Below are positions 48,077-58,254 of a stretch of DNA of 64,000 nt, one piece after another. The DNA is taken from NCBI GenBank assembly GCA_965208125.1, contig OZ242320.1, forward strand, positions 4,064,001 through 4,128,000. The letters run 5' to 3'. Numbering within the stretch: position 1 is the first letter of the stretch; every line of letters starts with the position of its first letter. The notes beneath the pieces were generated by a model. It was not told the DNA's origin. It ran no database searches and was given only the letters and a program-made list of their open reading frames with translations. The position numbers and the translations under genes are program-made. This stretch comes from Candidatus Latescibacterota bacterium. GTDB lineage: Bacteria; Latescibacterota; UBA2968.

Positions 48077-48631
48077 ATGGCTGGATTTACTTTGGATACA
48101 CGCATACGCGCGAAACCTGATGATAGCATGGACACATTCGAAATTGCAACAAAAATAGTAGAATGGAACCCGGCGAAAGCCGCTGTTATCATCTGTGATA
48201 TGTGGGATACCCATCACTGCATTTCGACTGTCGAACGGGTCGCTGAAATGGCACCTCGTATGAATGAAGTCATAGCAGGTATCCGAAAAGAAGGTGCACT
48301 GATCATACACGCTCCCAGCAGTTGTATGGGATTCTACGACAAGACACCTCAACGCAAACGGGCCGAGGAAGCACCTTTTGTAGAGGCTTCTGTTGAATTC
48401 GGATGGAACGGGTGGGACCAACCCCGCGAGATTCGCCAACTCGTCTATCTGGGTAAGAAGCCATTGCTGTGCCGCGATCTGACGGACTCCCATCACTGTG
48501 ATCACGGAGGTCACTTCCAGGGCACGGATCTCATGCTCGAACATATCGAAAAGTACTGGTGCCCAACCGTTACAAGTGATCAACTGGTAGGAGGAGAAAC
48601 ATTCCGGTTTCGCGGTGACAAGCGTGAGTAG
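48077..48631 (+). pseudogene. Isochorismatase/cysteine-hydrolase-like gene with apparent internal in-frame deletion
   Basis: AVIICDMWD.H.C, IIHAPS, RDLTD, HIEKYWCPT present; central segment with the catalytic Cys appears absent. Confidence 0.6.
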
Positions 48632-48646
48632 TACAACTTTATATCG

Positions 48647-50326
48647 TCAGGCTTTCCAGACTTTTGCCCACATAGCCCAGCAGGGATTATCATCATCCGG
48701 TGGAGGATGAATAAGCCCCTCCATTTGTAATTGCGGATTCAACCCCCAAAGTCCCTCGATTCCGGCTATTAAAGAGTCTGGTTGATTCTCTATAAGCCAG
48801 TCGAATCCCAATTCCTTCGCTACATTCGGTGCCTCGATCTGCCATTCATCTCGAGCTTCAGTCAATGCAGCCGATACAGGACGTAAGGCATCAGCGATTT
48901 TTTCTTTATCCTCTGGCGAAACAAACGGAAATCTGAGGTGGTAGCGCCCTTCAATTCGCGTTATGAAGCCCGCATTCATACACTCCGCGAGAACTTCCCT
49001 CCCCATTTCATTGGACAAGTCCGCCAGTATCTCTGTTTCAGTTTTTGGACCGTTAGCTAACTTCACTGCAATCGCAAATTCCCTCTCTTCCATGAGTCTT
49101 CCCGAACCAGGCCAATTCACTTTATAGTGTCTTCCCGAGCCATTATACTCGGTGAAAGCACGACTGCCTGTTCTTTCCGAAAAAGGGGAAGTCAGATCAT
49201 GGCCTGATAAATACCAGCGTCCACCATCGGGTCTAAGCGGTCCCATAAATCGATTTATTTCTTCTTTAGATAGTGGTTTGGGTTGGCCTGGAATTGGCGG
49301 CTGAGGCAACCATTCATACAGAACAATCCAGTGTATTTCATTCCAACCGAATCCCCATTGATTAAAAGAACAGTCATCAATCGCCTTTTTGATGGTAGCC
49401 AGATTCTTTTGTAACTCTTGAGTCACTTTTTTTACATATGGCTGGCATTGGTCTAAAAGGATTTGATCATCTGAAACTGTTGGAAAAAAGAAGTTTGCAA
49501 CATAATGGTTGGGCAATGCTTCTGCAATGATCTCCATTTTAAGCAACGATAACAAAGCGTCTATAACATAAGCTTCATCCGCATCGATTCGCTTGGCTAA
49601 TTCAAATGGCGTAAGAGGCGTTTTTCGACAGGCTACCAGTATGCGCTGATACAACAGGGTATTGTTTAACTCAAATGGGTTAGAAGAATCGCCAGAAAAA
49701 CTCCCTGAAATTTCGAAACGGGCAATGCGTTGCGGTTTCAATCGCGGCATTGGATTCAGTGTTTGCATTCCCAATATCTCCTTCCTCATTTGAATGCGGG
49801 CGTTGCGAAGTCGGTTTTTTATTGTATCTGTTGAAAGTTTAAGGAAGTCGCTGATCCTCCTGATTGGCCAATCTTCAAGATAGAACAATTCAACAATGCG
49901 TCTGGTGCGCTCGGTCAATGATTGAAGAGAATGATGGAGTAGAGAGGCCAGTTCTTTCTGATATAGGTATTGATCTGGAAGTATGGAGTGAGCAGAAATT
50001 GAGGGATCATTTCCTTCGGAGGAGATATAGAAATTCAATAATTTTGTGCGTCGCGTCTGTTTTTTCCGATGGCCTTGATATGTTCGATAGATAATGGCTC
50101 GAACCCAGGGAAGAAAACGCTGTGGGTCTCTTAGACTATCCAATGAGGCGTGCGCATAGAGTAACGCCTCCTGAACTATATCCCGAGCATCATCCCAGTT
50201 TCCTGTCAAACGATAAGCTGTTTGAAGCAATAGAGAACCATACCGGTCAACCAACGCACTAAATGCTTGCTGGTCACCTTGCACAGTTTTCTGAATAAGA
50301 ACCGTATCATTATCAGGTTGAGTCAT
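48647..50326 (-). CDS. ECF sigma factor with long C-terminal extension
   Basis: GDQQAFSALVDRY, DARDIVQEA, F.PW, L.Y.E.W.I..IS..L......IKNRL.NAR; about 370 additional residues. Confidence 0.88.
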   Translation of the reverse strand: MTQPDNDTVLIQKTVQGDQQAFSALVDRYGSLLLQTAYRLTGNWDDARDIVQEALLYAHASLDSLRDPQRFLPWVRAIIYRTYQGHRKKQTRRTKLLNFYISSEGNDPSISAHSILPDQYLYQKELASLLHHSLQSLTERTRRIVELFYLEDWPIRRISDFLKLSTDTIKNRLRNARIQMRKEILGMQTLNPMPRLKPQRIARFEISGSFSGDSSNPFELNNTLLYQRILVACRKTPLTPFELAKRIDADEAYVIDALLSLLKMEIIAEALPNHYVANFFFPTVSDDQILLDQCQPYVKKVTQELQKNLATIKKAIDDCSFNQWGFGWNEIHWIVLYEWLPQPPIPGQPKPLSKEEINRFMGPLRPDGGRWYLSGHDLTSPFSERTGSRAFTEYNGSGRHYKVNWPGSGRLMEEREFAIAVKLANGPKTETEILADLSNEMGREVLAECMNAGFITRIEGRYHLRFPFVSPEDKEKIADALRPVSAALTEARDEWQIEAPNVAKELGFDWLIENQPDSLIAGIEGLWGLNPQLQMEGLIHPPPDDDNPCWAMWAKVWKA

Positions 50327-50401
50327 TTGACAGGCTTTCAAAATTCAATTCTATGCGACGTTTTCATATATTAGAGGGCACGAATAAAAGGGTGGTGTAC
50401 A

Positions 50402-50440
50402 AAATTGTAAAGCCCACTACCATTTGGGGCAGTGGGCGAT
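50402..50440. repeat. Hairpin repeat copy 2
   Basis: aaattgtaaagcccactaccatttggggcagtgggcgat; direct repeat of 46331-46370. Confidence 0.8.
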
Positions 50441-50498
50441 GGTAGCCTACCTTTCCAGATAAATGAGGGCACCGATTGTGGTAAATGCGAAAGCCGAT

Positions 50499-51161
50499 CT
50501 ACAAGCCCTCTCTTTTGACAGCGAAGAAAAATGGGTGAACCTCTTCCGGCGCATTAGCACTTTTGGATCCTCCTCCTACGGTGCCTTCCTGTTCAATCTG
50601 AAACCCAGTTTCAGTGAGAAACTTCTTGTAGGTCGAGGGGCCAAAGTTGCTCCAGTACATGGTCCCGCCGAAGAAGTCATCTTCAGTATATCCAGGCCCA
50701 TCGTCGTACCTTGCAACCGTAAACAGCAGGAGGCCGCCGGGCCGAAGCCATTGTGCAAATCTACGAAAGAGGTCCTGGTGCTCTTGCCTCGGGATATGGA
50801 AGATGGCGTAAAAGCTGACAATTGCATCGAAGCTACCTGTAGGGAATTCGGTCTCCATTACGTCGGCTATGATGAATTCGGCTGCAGGGACATTTTTTTT
50901 AGCTAAAGCGATCATGTTAGAGGAGATGTCGATCCCAGTGAGGCTGAATGTCCCTGCAAGATGCCGTGCGACCGGGATACCAGCACCACACCCAACGTCA
51001 AGGACCTTGGAGCCAGGTATCAGATGTTTAGTTATCAAGTCGAGCTCCACTTCAGGCGTGGTACGCCTTTGCCCAGCGTAATCCCTCGCACACCGGTTAT
51101 AGGCAGTCCTTACCAGTTCCCGATAATCGGTTTCCGGATCGTTAGCAATCTTGAATGGCAT
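50499..51161 (-). CDS. Class I SAM-dependent methyltransferase
   Basis: VLDVGCGAG.P, FDAIVSFYAIFHIPR, WLRPGG, MYWS. Confidence 0.9.
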   Translation of the reverse strand: MPFKIANDPETDYRELVRTAYNRCARDYAGQRRTTPEVELDLITKHLIPGSKVLDVGCGAGIPVARHLAGTFSLTGIDISSNMIALAKKNVPAAEFIIADVMETEFPTGSFDAIVSFYAIFHIPRQEHQDLFRRFAQWLRPGGLLLFTVARYDDGPGYTEDDFFGGTMYWSNFGPSTYKKFLTETGFQIEQEGTVGGGSKSANAPEEVHPFFFAVKREGL

Positions 51162-51195
51162 GGGTCTCCTTTGTGATCTAAGTTATGCGTTTCCT

Positions 51196-52104
51196 CTATC
51201 CGGTTCCGACGAGCACAAGCCCTGTGAAGATGATGGCGACCCCAAGGTATTTGGGCGTGTAGCCGGGTTCTTTGAGAAGTAGGATACCGAAAATAGTGCC
51301 CAGGGGAATGCTGATCTGGCGAAAAGTAACGACATAGCTGACGTTTGAGACAAAGGCCAGGCTGATCAGGACCAGAGTATAAGCGATGGCCATGCCAGCA
51401 CCTGCCAGCAGGGCGCGAGATGCCCGCGTTTTCAGGATTTCCCACATCAGGATGCGACCGCGTTTTTGAAATAGAACCCAAATGCCCAGCCAGAGTGAGG
51501 TAATGAGGCCTTCGAAAAAGGCGTAGAGGATCGTAGCCTGCCAGCCTGCAATGGGGAGGGCGGGAGTATCTCTGAGGAAGCGCAAAGCCTCGTCGTCGAT
51601 GATCGAATAACCGGCTGAGGCGAAGGCGGCCATCAATGCAAACAATACCGATGAAGTCAGGTAGTTGTCAATATGGAAATCACTCAAATGTTTCATGGGC
51701 AGGATAAACATCCCAATGACAACCAGAGCAATGCCCCAAATGCACTGTGCGCTGACCTGGTCGGCACGGTCAAAAAAGAGCGTCACGATAATGACCACGA
51801 TGACCGGGGATGACCTTGCGATGGGGTAGAGGATGGATAGGTCTCCTCTCTGGTAGGCGTTGGCCAAGCCGAGGATGTAGATGGTCTGAAAAATACCTGT
51901 TGCGATAAGTAAGAGCCATACGGAGGTAGGGAATGTGGGAATTGCCGATCCGAATAAGATGAGGGCGGGAATCAGGCACAGAGTTCCCAGTGTGTTGACC
52001 AGGAGGAAAAAGGCAGAGGACGGATGTTCCCATTTACACAACAGGTTCCAGCCCACATGGGTGAAGGCGGAGATGAGGATGAGGATGATGGCGGTGAGGG
52101 TCAT
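51196..52104 (-). CDS. EamA/DMT family transporter
   Basis: About 10 TM segments; SA..H..WN, AY..GDLS..YPIARS, YV..FRQ.SI, LLKE. Confidence 0.88.
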   Translation of the reverse strand: MTLTAIILILISAFTHVGWNLLCKWEHPSSAFFLLVNTLGTLCLIPALILFGSAIPTFPTSVWLLLIATGIFQTIYILGLANAYQRGDLSILYPIARSSPVIVVIIVTLFFDRADQVSAQCIWGIALVVIGMFILPMKHLSDFHIDNYLTSSVLFALMAAFASAGYSIIDDEALRFLRDTPALPIAGWQATILYAFFEGLITSLWLGIWVLFQKRGRILMWEILKTRASRALLAGAGMAIAYTLVLISLAFVSNVSYVVTFRQISIPLGTIFGILLLKEPGYTPKYLGVAIIFTGLVLVGTG

Positions 52105-52132
52105 GGCGGTATTGTAGAAATATCCGAGGTAT

Positions 52133-53398
52133 TCAGGCCTCCGCCAACTCGAATTTACTCTCAAACGCAGTCAGGGATTCTTGCATTTCACTTGCCAATG
52201 CCCTTGAGTCGGACGCTTCTGATAGGTTTCTAGTCTCCCAGGGATCCGCTTCCATGTCGAAGAGCTGGATTACTGGATCGCCCTCATAGGTGATGAGCTT
52301 GTGTGTGTTGGTGCGGAGCATTTTACCGCCTCCGGTGGCGTGTGCTACCACAAAATCCCGCCAATCTGGATTTTCTCCCTCAGCAATCGCACGCAGGCTG
52401 TATCCCCGCATCATGGGAGGCGGCGAGATCCCGGCATAATCACAAACTGTCGGAAAAACATCTACGCCCGATACGAGATGCTCCTGGTCAATTACCTGTT
52501 CTTCGATGTGACCGGGCCAACTCATGATAAAAGGTACCCGCGCGGCTTCATCGTATAGAAAGCTCTTAAAGACCATCTTGTGTCGAAGATGCCCGTCCCC
52601 ATGGTCGGATGTAAGGATCACGACCGTATTGTCCTTAAATGCTGAATTTTCGAGCGCGTCCAGGATCAGACCGATCTGCCCATCCACCTTTTCAATATAG
52701 CGGTAGTAGGTCCAGATATAGTGACGATAGAGTTTCTCTTCCCACTTTTCCATACCCGATTCTTCGCCTCGATCTGCCAGTTTTTGATTCCGAGAGCTTA
52801 TGATTTTTTCCGGTTCCGCCATGTTTGTCTCAAAATTGGGGGGTAGAGGAGGAAGGTCGTCAATCTCGGGGAACGGCATCTTCCCATCGTGCATCGTATG
52901 TGTCAGTACGAAAGAGCAGATATCGTGCGGATTCAAGAGTCCGACTGACAGGAAGAAGGGTTCTTTTTCCTGGTAGTTCTGGAGAAATCCGATCGCACTG
53001 CGGGTCGAAGCAATGTCTCCGGTCTCGGCCGTATTCCGCGGATCGGGGCAGATATGGTGGAAACTCTGCGCGACATCTCTGCCGGGAATATGCCATTTTC
53101 CGCTGTAGTAGGCGTTGTAACCATTTTTGTTCAGCCATTGTCCCAGATCCGGCATGGTCGGAACCATGTTGGCACCATTGGCCACGACACCGTTTTCGGG
53201 GGTGTGGCGTCCGGTAAACCAGCTCGCACGTGCCGGACAGCAGACTGGATTGGCGCTATAGGATTTTGTAAAACTGATTCCCCTTGCTGCAAGCCGGTCC
53301 ATACCGGGTGTCTTCACGTCATTGCACCCCAGATGCCCAAGGGCTTCCGCGCTATGCTGGTCGGTCGTAATCAGAAGTATATTCGGTCTCTGTTTCAT
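52133..53398 (-). CDS. Sulfatase
   Basis: PNILLITTDQ, CCPAR (CxPxR), GKWH, SDHGD, LFD...DPWE. Confidence 0.92.
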   Translation of the reverse strand: MKQRPNILLITTDQHSAEALGHLGCNDVKTPGMDRLAARGISFTKSYSANPVCCPARASWFTGRHTPENGVVANGANMVPTMPDLGQWLNKNGYNAYYSGKWHIPGRDVAQSFHHICPDPRNTAETGDIASTRSAIGFLQNYQEKEPFFLSVGLLNPHDICSFVLTHTMHDGKMPFPEIDDLPPLPPNFETNMAEPEKIISSRNQKLADRGEESGMEKWEEKLYRHYIWTYYRYIEKVDGQIGLILDALENSAFKDNTVVILTSDHGDGHLRHKMVFKSFLYDEAARVPFIMSWPGHIEEQVIDQEHLVSGVDVFPTVCDYAGISPPPMMRGYSLRAIAEGENPDWRDFVVAHATGGGKMLRTNTHKLITYEGDPVIQLFDMEADPWETRNLSEASDSRALASEMQESLTAFESKFELAEA

Positions 53399-53401
53399 TG
53401 C

Positions 53402-54121
53402 TTATGACCCCTCCCTCTTGAGGATCACTGTCCGACGCGTACTCACCACGAGAAATAATCGCCCATTCGCATCTACATAATAACAGGTGGGAATAACGGA
53501 TTCTCCGTAATGGCAATATACATCTGCAGTCACAGCACTTTGATCTGTTGTGATCTCCGATGTCCCGCGATAAATTAGAAACTGATTTTCCCGGATCATC
53601 GAGAATTCTTCTATCAGGTCAAATGCGTGCTTTGTAGTGTCCTTTCTGGCACTTAGTCGCTGGACTGCGTCAAAAAGACACCAGTCGGCGGTATAAGGAC
53701 CAAGCGTTTTTGAGCGCGCAGGTTCTTTGTTATCCATAAAAAGTCGGCTATTTCGGATTTCTCCTTTCTGGGTGTATTCAACCAGTCCTTTTCCCGCCGT
53801 GCTCCCGTTGGAATACTTCAGCGTCCAGGCCTTTGGAGATGTGAGTGCGTTGTTCTCGCAGTGTGCATTAATTTTTGTTGTGTTATCGAACTTCAGGTCC
53901 GAGCAGGCGATTCCCAAATGACGGTCTTCACCTTCATTCTTTGCAGAAATCCTGAGTGTAGCCTCAGGTTCGTGAGGCCTGCTCCCTCGCTTCGTCCGAA
54001 TGTTCATCCAGTAGATGTCGTATGTCTGCTCTCCCGGTGCCTCCGGATCAAAGGTTCCGGCGGGCAAACCGTATTTGTTCAATACCCTCTTTGTGTGGAT
54101 ATATTCCCATGGCTCGGCCAT
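53402..54121 (-). CDS. Hypothetical protein
   Basis: 239 aa ORF with AAGGAG RBS, stop 3 bp before the sulfatase start; no recognised motif. Confidence 0.6.
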   Translation of the reverse strand: MAEPWEYIHTKRVLNKYGLPAGTFDPEAPGEQTYDIYWMNIRTKRGSRPHEPEATLRISAKNEGEDRHLGIACSDLKFDNTTKINAHCENNALTSPKAWTLKYSNGSTAGKGLVEYTQKGEIRNSRLFMDNKEPARSKTLGPYTADWCLFDAVQRLSARKDTTKHAFDLIEEFSMIRENQFLIYRGTSEITTDQSAVTADVYCHYGESVIPTCYYVDANGRLFLVVSTRRTVILKREGS

Positions 54122-54333
54122 TTCCCCGCTCCTTTGTATGGAAGTCTCTCAATGAAGGACATTCAGATTCTACGACATACTGAAGGGAAGAGCAAGTATC
54201 ATCTGGTAGGGATTTTGAAGGGGTGTTGAAAAATGCTCTATGACCTACTTCGCCGAGCTTGACCTGCAAAGGCGAAGTCGCTATTGTATCGGGCGCGAAT
54301 TGTACTGCAGGAGCAACTGATGGAGGACCAACG

Positions 54334-55653
54334 ATGTCGAATGAAAAGCCGAATGTGCTGGTGATTCAGCCCGACCAGCATCGCGGAACTGTGATGGGTT
54401 GTGCAGGTGACTCGCAGGTGAAAACGCCGAATCTGGACCACCTTGCGTCGGAGGGGATCCGGTTCTCGCACTGCGCCTCGTCCAGCCCTGTGTGTTCCCC
54501 ATTTCGGGGGACGATGCAGACTGGATTGTATTGCCATACCCACGGCGTGGATGTGAACAATATTCTGCTGAATCCCGAGTTGATCACATTTGCCGATCTG
54601 TTTGCGGACGCCGGATACGCCACAGGCTATATCGGGAAGTGGCATCTGGATGGGGGTAAGCCCAGGGGATGGGGTGGATTTATTGAGCCTGGTCCCAGGC
54701 GAGCGGGATGGCGGGAATGGCACGGGTACCAGAAGGGGCACGAGTTTTTTGAAGTCTGGGACTACAACGAGAATCGCGAGAGGGTGCGGATCGAAGGTTA
54801 CGACTGGGAGCCAGCGTGGCATACGGATATGGCTCTGGACTTTGCAAAACGAAATCGCGACGCCGATAGTCCCTGGCTCTACTATTTGGGATATGGCCCG
54901 CCGCACCAGCCCGAACAGTGCCCGCAGAAGTACCTGGATATGTACGATCCCGATACTTTTGAGTTGCCAGACGACGTGAAGGGACGGTTCGGAGATCGGG
55001 AACGCGAGCTTCGGCGGCTTTATCAGATGTATTACGGTCAGGTAACAGCAGTGGATGTGGAGATTGGACGTGTGATGGCTGGCCTGGAGGAACTGGGAAT
55101 CTCAGACAATACGATTGTGGTCTATATAAGCGATCACGGCGATAAGCTGGGCAGTCACTGCGAACCCGATGAGCGCAACTTTCGCGGCAAGGGAAGTCCC
55201 TTTGCGACCGCATTTCGCATTCCGTTCATCGTGCGATGGCCCAATCGCATTGAGCCAAATCAGGTGTGTGACGCGCTGGTGAGTAGCGTGGATCTCACGC
55301 CCACGATTCTGGACCTGGCGGGATTGGGGATTCCCGATGTGATGCAGGGCGACAGTATGGCGAGTTGGTGTCTGGAGGGAAAAGGCGTGGCGAACGACTG
55401 TGTATATATGGGACTCCGCGGCGCGACTCAGCCCGATGGATGGCGTGCCGTATGGGATGGCCGTTACGTGTTTTCACCAGGCATTCACAATGTCCTGTAT
55501 GACCACGAATCCGATCCGCTGGAGATGGAAAATCTCATCGACGCGCCGCAGATTTCAGGTGAGAAGAAACGGTTAGCGGAGTTACTCGTACAGATGGCAG
55601 AAAAGACAGAAGATCCGATGCTGCAAGAGGTGAAGGGACTTTGCGGTGTGTGA
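54334..55653 (+). CDS. Sulfatase
   Basis: GGAGG RBS; PNVLVIQPDQ, CSPFR, GKWH, SDHGD, LYD...DPLE. Confidence 0.92.
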   Translation: MSNEKPNVLVIQPDQHRGTVMGCAGDSQVKTPNLDHLASEGIRFSHCASSSPVCSPFRGTMQTGLYCHTHGVDVNNILLNPELITFADLFADAGYATGYIGKWHLDGGKPRGWGGFIEPGPRRAGWREWHGYQKGHEFFEVWDYNENRERVRIEGYDWEPAWHTDMALDFAKRNRDADSPWLYYLGYGPPHQPEQCPQKYLDMYDPDTFELPDDVKGRFGDRERELRRLYQMYYGQVTAVDVEIGRVMAGLEELGISDNTIVVYISDHGDKLGSHCEPDERNFRGKGSPFATAFRIPFIVRWPNRIEPNQVCDALVSSVDLTPTILDLAGLGIPDVMQGDSMASWCLEGKGVANDCVYMGLRGATQPDGWRAVWDGRYVFSPGIHNVLYDHESDPLEMENLIDAPQISGEKKRLAELLVQMAEKTEDPMLQEVKGLCGV

Positions 55654-56952
55654 TCATCCCTGACCGTCATCGCGGCCATACGCATGCTCCCACGCTTTCA
55701 CCCGTCCAAACAACACGCCCACGCGTTCTTGATATCTTTCATCCTCAATCCGATTATAAAACTCCTTCGGATCCTCCGCCAAATCAAAATACTCTCCTGC
55801 TTCACCCTGATATACATTTAACTTTTCCGTTTCTGTCCGAATCATCTGGGTATCACCAATCTGACTGAATACCGCATCCCGCCAATCATCAGGGAGTGGC
55901 TCTCCATCCAGCAACGGTGTCAAAGACCGGCCGTGTATAGAGTCGGGAACCTCAGCCCCAATCAGATCACAAATCGTCGGAAACAAATCAATATGTTCTA
56001 CTAGTTCATCCCGCACCCCTGATCGAATTCTGGGATCAGAAATCAACAATGGCACATGCACTGAAGCCTCTCGCATATTAAACTTCAAAAACATCTCATG
56101 CTCCCACATCTGATCGCCGTGATCTGCCGTCCAGATTACAATCGTCTCGTCCCTGATTCCCAACCTCTCCAACGCATCTAAAACCATCCCACAATACCCA
56201 TCCACAAGTTCAATCATCCCGTAATATCCCGCAATTACCTGTCGCAGTTCCACGGGTGTCAGATGCGCCCACTCTTTCCGTTTCCTCAAAATATCACTGT
56301 GGGGCAACGGCGCATCAGCAGGTGCTTGCTCTGGTAATTCGATCTTTGACTGATCAATCTTTTCATAAATTTCTTTGGGCGGATAAAACGGGGGATGAGG
56401 CTCCGTAAAACTCGTCCAGGACAGAAATTTATCTCCTTTACTGACGGCTTCTTCAATCTGTCGAATCGACTCTGTCGCCACATGATATCCCCAATACTGC
56501 TCCCGACTTCGCGGACTTGGCCCGCCAGATGACCGCCGCAATACCCCCTCATTTTCCCAATCGTATCGGGCGAGCATATTCTCAGGCATTGTCTCGCGCC
56601 ACATCTGTTGTGTAATTTCTGGCTCATAGCCATTGTCCATATCGGGGTCTTTCCAGTGCATATGTCCCAGATGAAAACGACGATAATTCAAGGGTTGCAC
56701 CGCGTGTGCGATCGTGTACATTCCCGGATAAGGCATTGAATTATTGGTAAAGACGCCATGTGTATGGACATATTTGCCGGTTGCCAAACTGTGCCGCGCT
56801 GGCGAACACACTGGCGACTGTGTATAACACTGGTCAAATCGCACACTCTTTTCAGCCAGGCGATCCAGGTTAGGCGTATGAGCCAGTGGATTCCCCAGGC
56901 ACCCCAACGCATCAAATCTGTGATGATCGCTCATCAAAACAAGTACATTCAT
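55654..56952 (-). CDS. Sulfatase (choline-sulfatase-like)
   Basis: MSDHHRFD, TPNLDRLA, CSPAR, PHPP, ADHGD. Confidence 0.92.
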   Translation of the reverse strand: MNVLVLMSDHHRFDALGCLGNPLAHTPNLDRLAEKSVRFDQCYTQSPVCSPARHSLATGKYVHTHGVFTNNSMPYPGMYTIAHAVQPLNYRRFHLGHMHWKDPDMDNGYEPEITQQMWRETMPENMLARYDWENEGVLRRSSGGPSPRSREQYWGYHVATESIRQIEEAVSKGDKFLSWTSFTEPHPPFYPPKEIYEKIDQSKIELPEQAPADAPLPHSDILRKRKEWAHLTPVELRQVIAGYYGMIELVDGYCGMVLDALERLGIRDETIVIWTADHGDQMWEHEMFLKFNMREASVHVPLLISDPRIRSGVRDELVEHIDLFPTICDLIGAEVPDSIHGRSLTPLLDGEPLPDDWRDAVFSQIGDTQMIRTETEKLNVYQGEAGEYFDLAEDPKEFYNRIEDERYQERVGVLFGRVKAWEHAYGRDDGQG

Positions 56953-56970
56953 TAATCAATCTCCTTTCAA

Positions 56971-58218
56971 TCAACTCCTCGTTCGATTTCTCCATTGGTT
57001 AAGCGCGTTGAGCAAGCTGTCTCTGGTTTCGCGGTTCAGACTCTGAGCCAGATTGTTGCGTTCATACGGGTCGTCCGCCAGATCAAAGCAATGCGTAATG
57101 TCATTCTCGTTCCGCTTTGTAACCAGCTTTACGTCGCCCCTGATAATGCAATCATCTTTGTGTTCGATGAAGACATCTGTTGAGGTATCTGGCTCTCCTG
57201 TCAGGCAGGGCAGCAGAGAGCGTCCTTCAGTTTCTCCCGGATTTTCAGCATTGGCCAGATGGAGGATAGTGGCGAATAGATCTACGGTAGATACTGGTTT
57301 CTCAACAACACATTGAGTTGTTCCGGGTACGCGGATGAGCAGAGGCACGCGAACAGACTCATCGAACATAACGCCTTTTCCGAACAAGCCATGACAACCG
57401 GCCATATCGCCATGGTCAGATGTGAAGATGACTACAGTATCATCTGCCAGTCCAGTCGTTTCCAGTGTTTTCAATACGCGGCCAAACGCGGTGTCCAACT
57501 GAGAGATTTCCCCAAAGTACCGCTTTCTGAATTCTTCAACACCGTAGTCCGCATTCCAGCCCCTGTTCTTGAACCAGGCGTCGTGGTCTGTGTTGGGTGG
57601 GTTATCCAGTACGGACTTATCATATCGCTGCCTGTCGGTCATCGGGGGCGAACACGGAGGATGGGGCGCTTGATACGATACGGCCATGAAGAATGGGGAT
57701 TTCGGGGATGATAGCGATTCCAGTTCTTCGCAGACAATATCTGTCAAGCCATCGGTTTCGTGTCCGCGAAGCCTTATGGGGTTGTCGGGATCATCGTACC
57801 AGATCAGTCCGGCATTGTGATCTACATGGTGGCTTTCCCACCCAATGAAGTGTTGAAAGCCTCCGCACAGTTCTGGCGGGACCCACCCGTTCCGTTGTTT
57901 ACCGCTCAAATGCCATTTTCCGATATAGTGCGTGTCATAACCCGCCTGATTCAGGTGATGGGCAATGGTCGGCTGATTCACGGGGAGGCGCATACCATTT
58001 CCTGTAACGCCGGTTTGGCTCGGGTATTGACCGGTTAATAGACAAGCTCTGTATGGGGTGCAGAGCGGTACATTCGTATAAGCGCGATTGAATTGTACGT
58101 TTTGTGTGGCGAATTGTGATAGGTTGGGGGCGTGAATTAGATGGTTTCCATAGAACGGCAACCATCTGGCGCTAAGCTGGTCGGGAAATATGAATAGGAT
58201 GTTTGGTCTGTGTATCAT
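56971..58218 (-). CDS. Sulfatase
   Basis: PNILFIFPDQ, CTPYR, GKWH, SDHGD, FDL..DPYE. Confidence 0.92.
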   Translation of the reverse strand: MIHRPNILFIFPDQLSARWLPFYGNHLIHAPNLSQFATQNVQFNRAYTNVPLCTPYRACLLTGQYPSQTGVTGNGMRLPVNQPTIAHHLNQAGYDTHYIGKWHLSGKQRNGWVPPELCGGFQHFIGWESHHVDHNAGLIWYDDPDNPIRLRGHETDGLTDIVCEELESLSSPKSPFFMAVSYQAPHPPCSPPMTDRQRYDKSVLDNPPNTDHDAWFKNRGWNADYGVEEFRKRYFGEISQLDTAFGRVLKTLETTGLADDTVVIFTSDHGDMAGCHGLFGKGVMFDESVRVPLLIRVPGTTQCVVEKPVSTVDLFATILHLANAENPGETEGRSLLPCLTGEPDTSTDVFIEHKDDCIIRGDVKLVTKRNENDITHCFDLADDPYERNNLAQSLNRETRDSLLNALNQWRNRTRS

Positions 58219-58254
58219 GTATTCGGGGTGGGGGAGAGGTCGATTGATTCTTTT

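Noticed and set aside
46331-50440. CRISPR repeats
   Set aside because: Only two copies, 4 kb apart, with genes between them and no cas genes
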